Shown piece after piece: positions 1 through 18,900 of a stretch of 64,000 nt of DNA. Within the stretch, counting starts at the first letter, position 1, and every line of letters begins with the position of its first letter. The notes under the pieces were generated by a model. That model ran no database searches. It was given only the letters and a program-made list of their open reading frames with translations, and was not told the DNA's origin. The position numbers and the translations under genes are program-made. The stretch is from Vitrella brassicaformis CCMP3155 (Eukaryota; Protista; Chromerida): NCBI GenBank assembly GCA_001179505.1, contig CDMY01000333.1, positions 1 through 64,000 on the forward strand, in the 5' to 3' direction.

Positions 1-403
1 GTGGCGTGGCTCACGTGTCTGTCTGGCGTGTAGGTGTGGATGCGGCCTCTTGCCTTGTCGACAACTTGTGAGTACGGCCGTCTGCTGAGCCACAAGATGC
101 GCCTCTCACGCCTCGGGGGCCACTGCCACTGGTGCTGCAAGAACTCATCCGCCATGGAAATGGTCGTGTTGGTCAGCTGGCCCAGGCGTCTTTTGTCCAA
201 CGCCTCCACGGTGCCGCTTTTGCTGTTGGTGTCACGCTGAGAGGTGGAGACCTTGAGTGCTGTCAGGACGTGCGTGCGGAAGGCGTGCATGATGGCCGAG
301 CCGCAGAGATTGGAGTGCCCGTCGCCAAGTGGGTGGAACTCGGGGCGGGAATTGCCGCGCAACAGGATGCCATCGGCAAGATGCTTCTGCCAGTTGAGGT
401 TCA
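1..403. repeat. Inverted duplicate of 30046..30448
   Basis: Bases 1-403 read as the reverse complement of 30046-30448. Both ends were checked by eye, and the ORF track gives identical translations for 34..240(+) and 30209..30415(-). Confidence 0.95.
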
Positions 404-1606
404 TGAGGCCCACACCGCCGTGAGCGCCATGGACGAGACGCGAGAAGCACAGCTTGCCCTGATAAAACCGCTGTGTGGCTGGGGATGGGCGTGTGCCGAG
501 GAAGACAGGGGGGTGCGAGGGGAACATCCCAGTCCAGAAGTCAACAAAAGCGCCCGGCGGCTGCTTGTCGACTGTCAGCACACACACACACACACACACA
601 AAAGGAATCCGTGTCCTCTGTTTCTCTCTTGTTAGGTGTGTGTGTGTGCATCCCAGACAGACTTGCGAGGAATTGTGTTTCGAATGGCGACAGTCCGGCC
701 ACAGCCAAGGCGATGAAGGCAACCACCGCATCCAGGTGCATCTGGTTGAGGTTGGTCGGATCCCACCTGCGCACACGCCCACATGTGACGCAACACGACA
801 CGACACACCCTGAATGACGCACGCACACACGGGTGTGTACCTTTCCAGCACTAGCACAGGATGGCGCACCCAGTCACTCTCATCGCACACCACATGGCCA
901 CTTGCATGCGACTCGCCATAATAGTGCAGCTTCTCCAGAAACCGAGCAGGCGGGCTGTCTGGGATGTCTGCTTCCTCCGCCAGCTGCAGGTCGGGAGTAC
1001 AGCCCGTCTGCACGCCCTCCCACTGGTCTCTGCCGCGCGGTGGCCCCCATCCCTTGCCGCCCGTTGCGTACTGCCACACAGCCGCCCGGATGCCGACGAA
1101 GTCACACATGACTCGAGGGAATTTGAAGTCGCCCTTTCTCAGATAGCAGTTGACAGAAGACACAGGGGCGTTGTGGTCCTGGCGGCTTTGGCAGATCTGC
1201 ACCCGGAAGCCTCGCCAGCGGTCGACAAAAGGCAGGCCGTACCAGTACCGGCAGAGGCCCGGCAGTAGGACAAGGGCTCGGTCGGCCCACTGGATCTCGT
1301 CATAGATGAGGGTGGACGCTGAGAGGCTGGATGGAGCCGTTGGCTGATGCTCGTGGTGGGTGCAGTCGGTGACGTTATCCCGCACCAAGGCTGTCATGAT
1401 GCGGAAAGAGCTGTGATGGCGAGAGTGGAAAACAAGCACGCTGACGGAGATGAACGTGGCGATGACCACGCAGATCTGCACGCACACACACACGCACACA
1501 CACACACGCGGAGAGAGGGCAGAAGCAGGCGCCCACTCCTGAAGGCAGGGGCGATCGATGGATGGATCTGCCTGCTCCGTACGGCAAGACGCTCCGACGG
1601 CCTCAT
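1..1606 (-). CDS. Glycosyltransferase family 61 (EOGT/POMGNT2-like), type II membrane protein; 5' part, gene continues off the left edge
   Basis: Manual minus-strand translation gives an N-terminal anchor ICVVIATFISVSVLVF, then VVCDESDWVRHPVLVLER|WDPTNLNQMHLDAVVAFIAL (like the EOGT P-x-x-x-x-x-D-x-x-N-x-x-H/Q-x-x-D region), then FVDFWTGMFP...LCFSRLVHG...RRILWLSRRPY. The frame has no stop before base 1, so the ORF track omits it. The start codon is uncertain. Confidence 0.75.
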
Positions 1607-1878
1607 TATCTGTTCATCCCTCGGTTAGTGGTCCAGAAGGCTCCGACACACTACACTGGCGTACCATCCTATCATTCCTCTCAGGAAGCAAGTGAAGGCC
1701 GATCTCAAGAGGTTGAAATAATAGTACATGGATCCCATCCATGGCCGCCGAGCCCATCGGAGGCGGCATGCACAGCACTGAGAGCCACATAGTTCTACGT
1801 TCCAGTCAGCCAGCCAGCCAGCCAAGAGCTATCTATCGCTAGCGTCGTGTCTGGCCCTGCCCGTGTCTGTCTGTCTGT

Positions 1879-4800
1879 CTATCCATCGTCCTCCTCCCCC
1901 TCGGCCCGCACAGAGTGGTCGGCCGACAGCGCACGCACGCCCCCACTCAGTATCGACGGGAACACACCATTCACGCCACTCGAACACGCCGCTGCCGCAG
2001 ATGACAGGAAGGCGTGCTGGGGCTGGTGTGGGTGTGGCGGGATGAATGCGCGCGAGGGCAGTGGGGGTGAGGGCGATCCGGAGGGGACTGTCATGAGGTC
2101 GGACGGTGCGGGCGATGCGATGCCGCTGCTGCCTGCGAGGAGGTCGGTGGGCAGGGGCACCAGGGAGGCGTACGCGGGGCTCCCGGGGGCGGGCTTCGTG
2201 TAGAACTCGTTGAAGTCCAACCGGCTCGCCAGGTAGCTGCACAACAACAACACGCGGTTGCCCGACGGCTGTCTGTCTGTCGACCTGTGTGTGCTGACTG
2301 ACCTGAGTGAGTCGTTCTTGGTGTCCCTGGAGAGCGCTTGTATGGCTGTGATGAAGTGCTGTAGGTGGTTGCGGTAGTCCTGTCTGATGATGAGAATCTC
2401 CTGCAGGGACGCCTCCCACTGCCCGTCGTCACCCAAACCGAAGTACACTTCTCCATCGCCATCGTCACCGTCACCACCGTCATCCTCATCCAAGTCATCG
2501 CACTCGCCACCACCACCACCAGCCGCACCATCGCGAGGCGGACTGCACAATGCAATACACACATGGGCAGCATTTCTGTCTGTCTGTCTGCCTGTGGAAG
2601 GGCGGCATGGCGTCAGTGACTCATTCACGAACCTGGCTCCTCGTCGCTTGCCGTAGGACTTGGCCAGGGCCTCGTTGAAAATGCCCTTCTGAACACACAC
2701 ACAGAGATGCACCGCACCGTGGTGGATGGTGACGTGAGCGTGAGCATCTCCCCCCGTGCTCGTTTGGTTGTGCCTGTGCGAGTGTGAATCTGATGATGAG
2801 GTCAAGGATGGCCTGCAGGCTGGGCAGCGGCGACTGCACCTCACCGCCAGACACGTCACCAGGGTCGGATGAGGAATCTCTCGCGCGCGGCGGTGATGGC
2901 GCCCGCCTGCTCGACGCCGACACATCCCTCAGGAAGAGGCCGTCCTGCACACACATAGACAGAGAGACAGACAGACAGACAGACAGATAGAGACGAGGGG
3001 GAAATCCGTGCCATCGTCGGATGCATGTACTCGTGCTGACCTGTATTGCGTTGAGGTAGCTGTCGTGCTGCGCTATCACACGATCCAGGTCCGTGCAGCT
3101 GACATTATCGACACACACAGACACACACAGCAGGGCATTTGTGCTTTGACTGTTCCCAGCTCTCCCTCGCCGGCTGTGTGTGGCATGGCATGGTGTGTTG
3201 GTGTGTTGGTCCCTCCGTAGGTCCCTCCCTACCTGTTTAGGTTGTTCTCGAACTCCTGCCATGCGGTGTCGAGGACCTCGTGCATGAAGTAGGCCTGCAG
3301 GTTCTGACTCCAGTGGTACAACTCTGCGCGGAAGCCGTGGCACTACACAGACAACACACATCACATCACACCACAACCACACACGCGAGGATGGTCATGC
3401 CCATTGAGCGTGTGCGTTGCGTTGGCGCGTAGTACCTACCATTTTGATTGCGTCGTTGATGGGCTCAGTGGCCATGTGTCCCCTGGCCAGTGCGATCTCA
3501 GCTCTATGTGAGGTGGCCATGTGGGCACTCCAAATGCGGCTCAACTCGTGGGACGCCCGCTTCGTCCTAACAATCACAATCACACACACACACATACAGA
3601 GGGAGGGAGGGAGGGAGGTGACATCTGGCTGTGTGATGGTTTGGGGTGTGGGCTGCGTCTGTGGGTCACGTCACTTACTTCCAGAGAAGTTGGAAGATCC
3701 TGAGGTACTGCTGCATGGCGTCAGGTGTGAAGATGACGTTGAGGGGCGTGCTCACCGCGTAGTCCAACGAGAACACATCCCAACTGACAACCAACACACA
3801 CACACACACAGAGAATTGTGTGAAATGGGTCCATCCATCCATCCATCTGTCCATCCAGCCAGTGTAAAGGTGGTGGTTCGCTCACCCCAGGTCGCCGATG
3901 GACGGCGTGTGCAGCTTGACGGTCAGCCGGTCGAGCGTGTCAGCGGGATGGAACTGCGCGTTAGCTGTCACATGGACACATACATGGATGGATGGATCGA
4001 CATGATGGATGAGCCACACGCTCACACACGTGTGTGAGGGCAGGCATATGATATGAGTGCAGTGCGTCTGTGTGTCCTCCTTTCCTTCCCCGTGTGTATG
4101 TGTGTGTGTGTGGTTCCTTCCATGCCATGCCATGGATACACAACGAACGTACAGTTTCTGAGTGCTGCGTCGAGAATGCCTATGAGGGTGTGTCTGTAGA
4201 CCTCCCGGGCGCCCCGGTTGAGCTCCTCCTTGGCCAGCTCTATCAACCACTCTATGAAGTCACCCTGACCCAACAAAAGAAACCTGGATGCACCACAAAC
4301 ACACACACCCAAACCAACACACACGTAGCGCGTCCATCTGTGTGTTGTGGTGTAGTGTGTGTCTTGAGTGCTCACGCCCTGAGCGCCTTGAAGTGCTCAA
4401 ACAGCTTGTATTTCTGCCGCAACAACTCTACCAACCTGATGACACACGGTCACACCCCCAGATCAACCGTTTGCCGCACGAACACCCACCCCCCGTCTGT
4501 CTGTCTGTCTGTCTGCTATCGACCTTCTATTCTGCTTCTCTGCGGCCTGGTCGACGAACAGCTGCAGCTGCTGCACGATAGGCGGCAGTGGCGGCACCAC
4601 ACCGCCACTCTCGGCACCACTCTCGCCTGATGCTGATGGCTTGCCCGACGCTGATGTGCGCGCCGGTCGTGTGTGTGGTTTGGATGAGTCCGCTGCCGCG
4701 TTGGAGAGGTGCTGGAACTCGAGCCAATCGCCATCTTGACAGCAGTTGCTGTGGGGATGCGTCGGGGTGGGGATTGGTAGGCAGGCTACTGTGCTGTGGT

Positions 4801-7580
4801 CAGTTTGTTTGTGTCGTGTTTGGTGCGTTGCGTACCGGACGAAGGACACTGATTTGCCGGTGAGTAGGACTTTCCGTGAGGTCTCCAGCGGCAGGTAGAC
4901 GGGCACTTGCGGCACGTTCAGGTAATACCTGAACGAACCACAGCAAAGAGGGTGAGGTGATCCACGTGAACTGGTGAAATGTCAGTTACTTGTGCCTCCA
5001 GAGCTGTCCGTTGGGCACGTGTGGCCACGAGGCGACGAACAGCTCTCCATGGGGGTCTCTGCACACCAAGCACACCAAGCACACCCCACACACCCCACAC
5101 ACAGCTGATGCATTGCATACCGATCGGCGAGCATGCAGCCCCCATACATACGCACCTGAGTTGTCCCTCCTCCATCCACAGGCGTATCATCTCGAGCAGC
5201 GGCAGCGTCACGCGCTCCACCAGGTCAGCCATCAGCCCACGGAGCACGGGGTCGCCACGACGAGAGTGCGCTGAACCACCAGCCAGCGACAGACAGGAAG
5301 ATGCATAGACAGCATAGGATGTGTGTGTGCGTGGGATACACACCGCACCGTATAGGGCGGATGCGAGGCTGCCTCCCTTGTGACACATGGCCGCATCCAC
5401 CTGCACATCACATACAACACACACTCAAGCCACTAAACAAACTGTCTGTCCCCCATTTAAAGGGATGGCTGAATGACAGGCCGACCCGACGTATCCGACC
5501 CACCCTACCAGGCATGCGAGGAGCCTCATGCGCTCGAGGGGCTCCTGCACCCACACGGCCAGCCGCCGGAGTGTGAGGCCGCCCTCGGGGGGCACCTCCA
5601 TGCCCATCCAACGCTCACCACTGACCCACCGCACGCACCACACACACATGAACAGAATATGATTTGTGTGTGGGATGGGATGGGAGGGAGGTGATGTGCG
5701 TTACCCACCTGCAGAGCTGCGGCGTGAGGCTGCTCTCGAGGAGCGCTACGAGCTTGTAGTACTCGGTCAGCTGATCCTTCAACCACTGCAGCCATCATAT
5801 GCCATGAAGCACACGGACACGTACACATGGCGACACAGTGCGGGCGGGTGGTCTGTGTGTCTGTGTGTGGTGGTTGGCTAACTGACCTGGTTAAAGGCCT
5901 GGAACACCAGACCCTCATACGCACCCTGCACACACACACACAGACAAACAGAGTGAATTCAGGTATGGGAGAGGGCACGATATGATCGACGGTTGTGCGA
6001 GTCGGCAGCTTAGCTAGCTTACGTATCCCGACGATTTGTTCATGCCGGCGCATATCATCGTGTAGAGATAACCTGAACCCAACCCACTCGCAGGCACCCC
6101 ACCCAAAGACACGGGATGTGATTGATATACCTGCCTGCCTGCCTGCCTCTGTGTGCAAGGTCAGACCTCCCTACGCACCGCACTCACCGAGCTCAGACAG
6201 GGGAGCGATGCAGTCGCGCACGGGGGCAGCAGCGCTCACCTGCACCGATCAAAGCTTGTTCCGTTGCCGTGGTGCCCTTGCTGCCTGGTCTGGTGTACTG
6301 TACCCACCCACCCGTGGGTCGAGGAAGAACAGGCCCGTGTTGGGGTCCTTCTTGACATACTGCCCCTCACAGCCTGACAACATACATGCCAACCAACCAA
6401 CACACGTAAGTCACGTACGTATGTATTGTCGTCCATATGCCATGCGCCCCGCTCACACGCAGCACCGATCGATGGATCGATGTGTGTGTATGTAACGTAC
6501 CCTGTAACACGAACAGCAGGTCCCGCAGCAGCAAACGCTCAGACACCCCAGGAGCTACTGAACGAATCGAGGGAGGCATATATGAGGGAGGGAAGGACAC
6601 ACAACAAACACGTCAGCTCAGCCAGCACACACATCGATCTCTCCTCCCTCTGTAGTGTACGCCCACGCACAGTATCGCTCATTGGTCTTCTGCAGGATGA
6701 CCTGGAACCCCCTACTGGCCGCCGTGCCCTCCCCCGGCGCCTCCCTCTCCGTCAACGCAACCTCCAGCCCACCACCACCACCACCCTTAAAGGCAAACGC
6801 CCCCGTAGCGGCACCCCCGCCCGCACCTTCCTGCTGTCGGGCCTTGGTCAGCGCCAGGGACGACCCGCCGTCGCTAGGAGGAGCTGCCACCCTCTCAGGC
6901 AGCCCGTTGTAGGACGGCGGCACTGTCCCACTGTGGCCATTGAGGGTGGCTGCTCCCGATGATGGGGATGGATGTGGCTGGTGGGCGGGGTTCTGGTTGT
7001 GCAGGAGCAGTAGCAGCTTGAGTAGTCTTCTGCGGTGCTGGAGGGGGGTGCGACGTGGCTGCCGGAGCCGGATGAGGGCACGGTCAAGCTTGTGGACCTT
7101 GACACTGTCGCCTGACAATCACACACACACACACACACACGCAGATGTGATGTGTGTGGTGCCTGACAACTTCTTTCGTCTTTCGTGTGCTCGTACCTAC
7201 CTTGCTTGAGGACTGGCCGGCCGCGGAAGAAACGAATAGGTGGATGGATGGATTGGACGGAGGCAGACACAGAAATACCGACACACACTCACGTGTTGGT
7301 TCGTTAGTTGATGATGTGATCTGTCCGTCCGTTGCGTACGTGAGTCCTTGATGCGCATGACGAGTGTGTCCTCGGGCTCCGCATCCATGGCCCTGCCCGC
7401 CTTCTCCAGCTGCACCTGCGACTTCTGGAAGGCCAAGGCCAGCGCCTTCTGGTCCATCTCACGCCCACACACCTCCTTGACCAGACGCTGAAGCAGCTCG
7501 GCCAGACCCGTCACTGACACGCCTGAACTGCTGGTGGTCGTGTTGGCAGGGCCGGAACGGCCCTGCTGGTGGGACTGCAT
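1879..7580 (-). CDS. TUBGCP3: Gamma-tubulin complex component 3 (Spc98/GCP3), multi-exon
   Basis: Exons encode VSERLLLRDLLFVLQG, LLEMIRLWMEEGQL, YLPLETSRKVLLTGKSVSF, LLLGQGDFIEWL, ILDAALRN, GWDVFSLDYAV, QQYLRIFQLLW, DLDRVIAQHDSYL and YLASRLDFNEFY. These are Spc97/98 family motifs, and GWDVFSLDY is typical of GCP3. Confidence 0.88.
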
Positions 7581-8150
7581 CTTCAGTCGTGGTCCTCGGT
7601 GGTGAGTGCGATGACCTGCATCGATGATTTAAATAACCATGGTTTTTGCCAGATGAGCGCAGCAGTGCATGAATCTCTGGTTGAGCGTTTTGCTGGTCGC
7701 CCTCCCCTCGGGATGCGAGCTTCAAGCTGTAAACGCAGAGGGATCTGACCATGGGATGCATCAATGTGAATTCATGGATCGATGTCGTTCGTTCAACCAA
7801 GCAGCGTAGTGAAGACACATCTCGGTTGTCTGTCTGTGTGTCTGTCTGTCTGTCTGTCTGTCTGAGTGTACCATCCGTCGCCCGCCAGCTACTACACACA
7901 GGGGCGTGGCGTCACAGACATACAAACGCCACATGAATCAATAAATAAAAAAATACGGACCTACAGCCAGACGTACGGTACACAACTCGATCACAACGAC
8001 CGACAAGAAATACATACGACCTCAGAAACTAAGGGGAGATCCACAGCCTCATGCCCTCTCACACACCCGGGGCCTCCCTCGACTACGAACGAATTGCAAC
8101 GACAAGACGACACACGGCTGTGGTCCACGCATCGCATCATAGCTATGATA

Positions 8151-13429
<5,279 letters not shown>

Positions 13430-13569
13430 TCGATCGGCATCTCATCTGCGAGCTTGGCCATATTTTTCTGCGTGCATGCGGGAAGAAAACACCGCACAGC
13501 GCCAGTGTTCGAGCTCGAGTCAATAGCCAGCCCGCGACACCTGACAGAAACGGCTGCCTCAGGCTGCCT
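13430..13569. promoter_or_regulatory. Putative bidirectional promoter / 5' UTR interval (140 bp) between lacZ and ARM-TPR-SET
   Basis: The two ATGs face away from each other 140 bp apart. No specific motif was identified. Confidence 0.5.
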
Positions 13570-16500
13570 ATGGCGTCCGGCGAGTCGGCGGGTCCCCCAG
13601 CAGATGCAAAGTCGGCAGTGAGAGGGCTCGCGGATCAGTCCCTGCTGCTGCAGCTGAGGGTCGCAGGCTCGGATGCCCGACTGCAGGCAGCCGCCGCCCG
13701 TGGTATTCTGAGTCTCTCGACCAAGTGTCGGCCCTCACCGCAGCTTCCTCTCGATGAATTCAAGCAGCGGGCGACCACCTTATCGCAGATCAAAGCGGCT
13801 CAAGGGGTGTCAGATTTGGTGGATGCGGCCATCTTCACCCTCCTCTCATCAGCGATGCCCAAGATGGGCAACTCATCGATGCGGGACCACCTGCTGACCG
13901 ACCACGTCGATCTGGTCAGGCGGGCCGAAGCTGCGTTCGCGAAGGCTGAGGCAGCTGAATTCCTGATCCGGCTCTACCATCCCGTGTCACCGCTGGCCCA
14001 CATCCCTCCCGCCTCGTGGATGAAGGCGTTTGACATGGTGGTGGACATGGCGGTGAGCGACGCTGGGCTGACTGGCCGGGCATTCGAGAGCACTTCTGAG
14101 ACGTTAGCCGTCCCGTCTTCGTCGCCCTTTTACGGCTCTGGTGGCACGTGTCCCGTTTACATTAGCAGTACGGGTGATAGCGGTGGCCGGCTGCTGTCAT
14201 GGCTACTCAGCAACAGGATATACGGGACACTCGGTCACATGACTCGAACAGGTCGGTGCAGGGTGAGAGCGAAGGAGTGAGCGAGGCTATGTGCTGGTGG
14301 CTGCGCAGCAATTCCGCTATGGATGGGTTTATCTCTGTTGCTGGTATTGTTGCTGCGTATTGTGTTCAGGTGCACAGGAGCAGGCCATGTCGGCTGTCCG
14401 TCAGTACACGTGTCCGCATGCCGCCCGCCTCGTCGACGTGCTGGTGTCCGACACTGCTCCAGATCCCATCAAGTGGAACGCATTCGTCGTGCTGGGTAAG
14501 TCAGAAAGGACACAGAGGAGCCCTCCGCTCCCCTTGCAGAAACTGCTTCATCCATCGTACTGCTTGGACGGCCATAGGTTTCATCTTTGCGTCAGCCCAC
14601 ATGTGCACAAGAGGGCCAGAGGACAGCAGCCAGCTGAGGAAGGTGCTGAAGGAGCCCACCCGTCTGCTGCTCAAAGACGACATGAGGGGGCTCAAAGCTA
14701 CAGCCGAGGTGCTTAAGAAGTGCTATGAGATCGACCTGCTGGACGTTGAGGGCGATTTCCCCACCAGCATCCCTCTCCACCTCGTCACTGGTGAGAACCG
14801 AGCTAGACACACAAGCCGTCAATTGTTGGCTCGCGTGTATGTCTGTGTGGGTGCATGTATGTGTGTTTGCATCAATCAAGAGTTTGGCCACGCCCGGCAC
14901 GTCCTAGAGGCGGGCTACCTGCCTGCCCTGTTGAGCCTGCTCGACGACGAGCGGTTTGGCAGACATCGCTTCCACGGGCGGGCCATGGTGGTGGGAGTGA
15001 TGGCCATCAAGCATATCGTTGCCAGCGACAGCACGGTCAGTCAGTCGACACCTGAGCGGGACTGAAACCATGGTGTTTCTACATCATGTGTGTGTGCGTC
15101 AGGTTGGGACCAATGCGGATGTCGCCGCCATGCTCTGTCGTCTGCTGCGCCGCCATGCCACTGGCGAGGTCGAGCCCCAAGGCGCAGGGGCAGACGTAGT
15201 CATCGACGACATTGTCGAAGCGTTGCTGTTCATGCTAGGGTAAGTAAGGGGTGGACCAAGATCTGCATTGCCGGTGGATGCCCCACTCATGGATCGATCG
15301 GTTCTATGTGTGAGTCAGGCATGGTTCGGATGCGATGGCGACCGATCTGGCAGGGAAAATGCCACAGCATGGCACCATTGACCTCGTCGGCAGCAGCGTC
15401 ATCGCACAGCAAACCATGAAAGTATGTAAGGGCAAATTGACGGATCGATCGGCAGCCCTGGGTGCCGTGCTGGTGTGGGTACAGATGCTGTCTGAGTGGG
15501 TGCCCGGCAGTGGACCACACCGGCGGCTCAAAGTGCATCCAAAGGTGGGCGACAGAGGACTGTTTCAGCGATTGATCCGGTCCACATGTCTGTCGGCAGG
15601 TGGCGTGCCTCTTCGAGATGCTCAAGACGACCACGGCATTTCGTGCCAACGTCGTCGATCGGCCACCCGACCGTGACCAGACACCTCAAGGGAGAAGCAC
15701 CACAGGCAGGGCCGACGCCGCCCAGCGTCCGGCGAGGAGCGGTGACAACGGGGGCGAAGGGACGCACAGCACCGACCGAGCTGCGCCTGCGTCACCAAAA
15801 ACCCCTTCGTCCCCCCTCGACAAGTGGAAGGACATCGGGAACGCACTCTTTGGAAAGCACAAGTACCTCGACGCCTACCGGGCATACATGAAGGTAGGTA
15901 CATACACCCAGGGCAGGAGGGGAGGGCAACACAGAAGTGCAAGGAAAGCCGCGTTGTTTGTGTGCCGCAGGGCGTCCGTTTGGCGAATCTCGAGCCCGTC
16001 TCTGAGCTGCTGGTCCGCCGCGCACAGTGCCGCATGGGTGTGGGAGACTGTGTGGGTGCGATGATCGACGTCACCACTGCCCTCCGCATTCTCCCGCCGC
16101 CCCCATCTGTCGAGCCCGGCAGCAAGTCGGCCATCATCCAGCAGACGGCGGTGGAGGTTGTGTACACACCGCTCGTCATGCGGTGGCTCAACGGCCTCGA
16201 TACCGCCACCGGTGGTGGTGATGTGATGGTCCTGCCGTCGGAGGAGACGACAGCAGCCTTCATGAAGGACGCCATGCAGTACCTGTCCGCGCAGGTCGAG
16301 GCGGCGGGACCATCTGAGCCACTCGAGGTGGCCAATGCCCTCGCGGCAGGCGAGCAGCTGCAGGAGGAGGGCAGATATGCGGAGGCACGTGACACATTCA
16401 CGGCCGGTCTTGCCGGTGCTGATGTGTCGACGCTCATCGCGCTGCTGAGCAACGCCTCGGCGTGTCTGCTCAAGCCAGAGCTGACGAGGGAGGGGGGCCC

Positions 16501-18161
16501 GGACGCAGTCGGGTGTGCGGCCGCCGCCCTCCATCTGAGCTGTCTGCATCACGATCCCTCCCAGCAGCCGATCACCATCCAGCAGAAGTGCCTCGTGCGG
16601 CTGGGCCAGGGGCTGCTGGCCGAGCGGCTCTTCGACGCTGCTGATGTCATTGGCAGGGCCATCAAGAAACACGTGAGTGGGGGAGGGGGGGAATGACGGA
16701 AAAGGGGGATGATGTGTGTGGTGGTGCGTGTGCGTGTTGCAGGCATCGCAGGGTCAGATGAGGATCGAGGCCGACACACTGCATCAACGTGTCCGCACCC
16801 ACCGGGCCAATGCTAATGGCTTCTTTGACTGGGCCGCCATCTACCGTCAGCAGCTCGACAGCAACATAGCTATGCAGCACGGCAGACCCCCCACATCCAT
16901 TGACGTGGCCGAGTACGTCGGCCCCGTGGCTGTGCGACACGACGAGGCCCAGCAGCCCAGCCTCTATGCGAAGGAGGACATCCAAGTGGGCCAGCTGCTG
17001 CTCGTCCAAAAGCCCGTCGTCCTCTCCTCCGGTGATTTCGCATCGCTGACGAGCTCCGACGGCTACAGACAGCTGATGGCGGCGTGCAAGGACGGCTGGC
17101 ATCCCCGGCTGGTGTCGCAGCTGTGCTGTCTGTCAGAGGGCCAGCGGCGTCTCCCGGCCCTCGCGGCCCCGCCGTCCCACGAGACGTGTCTTGGCCTGGC
17201 CCCTGGTTTCCCCCTGCTGCCCCGCTTCATACAGTCCCATGGTGCGGAGGAGTTCGGCTCACCTGTGGCCCAGGTCGATGGCGACAGCATTCCCCAACTC
17301 GTGACCTTCAACCATCGCACTAGTGGCACCATCCGTAGCTGTTTCCCTGGTGTGCTGAGTGCTCCTGATGACATCAAGTCCTCTCTGGCATCAGGGGTGT
17401 GGATACTGCCGTCCCTCATCAGACATGCGAGATTCGACAGGAATGCCATATGGTACAGTACGCACCAAGCACCACGGGAGGGAGACCCGCCCCATTCCGC
17501 CACATTGGACGTGTGTGTGTCTGCATCTGCTATGGTCAGGTATGTGGTGGGCGACTTGCTGGTCGTGAGGTGCGTGCGTCCCATCAGCGGCGGCGGCGGC
17601 GTGACCGCCGACTACTTCGACGACGGATATGTCTTTGACGCCAACGATTGTGTGGACAACGGCGACGCCATTTCGATGGCCGAGCGGTGGGCGATCCCCT
17701 CCCCTGTGCAGCACTACGAGAGGCACAGCCAAGAGGCCATCACGGCAATCAGCATGGAGATCCACCGCGTCACCACCCTTCGTCGGGGCGGGACGTCGCG
17801 CACGGCTGTCCAGAGAGATTGGGACGCCCTCGTGAGGAAGGTGGAGACCCTGCAGCAGTCGATGCCGTCCGACGTGCCCACAATGGGGGCCAGTCAGCTG
17901 CACATCTTCCGGGGCGCCCTTCTCGCTGGGCTGGGACGGCACGAGGAGGCCAGCGAGGCGGCGATCGAGGCTGTCAAGACCGCACGGGCGGTGCGGTCAA
18001 TCGCCGTTGAAGACTGCCGCTGTCTCTCGACGGCCGTCCGTTCTGCACCACATGGTTCTCAGCTGTGTCATGTGATGCTAGAGGAGCTACGCAGCACTTG
18101 TGCCCTCCTCTTGGGCACACGCGAGGCAGCGACTATCATCTTCCTCAATGAGCAGAGCTGA
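13570..18161 (+). CDS. ARM-like / TPR / SET-domain protein, multi-exon; SET probably catalytically degenerate
   Basis: Helical N-terminal exons (AGYLPALLSLLDD). TPRs KWKDIGNALFGKHKYLDAYRAY and LQEEGRYAEARDTFTAGL..LLSNASACLLK. SET-like region DVAEYVGPV..LYAKEDIQVGQLLLVQKP..GVWILPSLIRH..NA..VGDLLVVRCVRPI..VTADY. Treating this as one gene is inferred from compatible splice sites. Confidence 0.75.
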
Positions 18162-18196
18162 GAGCGTGTCTGATAGGCCTGCCTTGCTGGCTGCAG

Positions 18197-18310
18197 CGAG
18201 GGGGTTTCGCCCGGGCGGTGCGGTCGATCGCCGTTCAAGATCTGCGCAGGACGTGCGAGCTGATCTTCGGCACACCCGATGCAGCGACCATCCTCTTCAC
18301 ATTTAGATGA
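18197..18310 (+). pseudogene. Collapsed relic copy of the C-terminus of the upstream TPR-SET gene
   Basis: 18209-18310 translates ARAVRSIAVQDLRRTCELIFGTPDAATILFTFR*. The real terminus is ARAVRSIAVEDC..(internal segment)..ELRSTCALLLGTREAATIIFLNEQS*. Confidence 0.75.
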
Positions 18311-18900
18311 GAGAGAGAGAGAGCGTCTGCGTGAGAGGCCTGCCTGCTTGCCTGCCTGCAGCACGGCAGCTTGACGGATAGCTTGATGGATCCGGGCGGG
18401 AGGGTTGATGGTTGTGTAAAAAGCTTGGCGACGGCTCCTGCCTGTGGATGGATTCTTAGGCAGTCAACTCAACTCAACGTTCATTGCACTCACTGCACCG
18501 TGCATCCATCCATGCATTGTCTCACACATACATATATGATTTGGAACCCAACCGACACCTACACATTTATTCTACGCGCCCTCAAAAGTGTGCAGCAGAA
18601 GTGTACACTTACATACCGACATCAGCACAGTAGATCGACACAGATTGGCCACCGCAACCCGACGACACCGACATTCACACATAAATGAAGCTAGGCAGGC
18701 ATCTCGAAGAAAGCGCCATAAAAGCCTTCTCTATTTACCGACAGCTTGACATGCGACAGACAACAGACTTCGCGAATGCGCCACTATATACCCTTCCAAT
18801 CCACTTCCTCTGCTTTCCGTCTGTCCATCCCCTACAGGCACTGCCGCTCTCCTCTCACGCCATGCCGTGCAATTGCCCCTTCAGTCAACGGGTCACTCAA

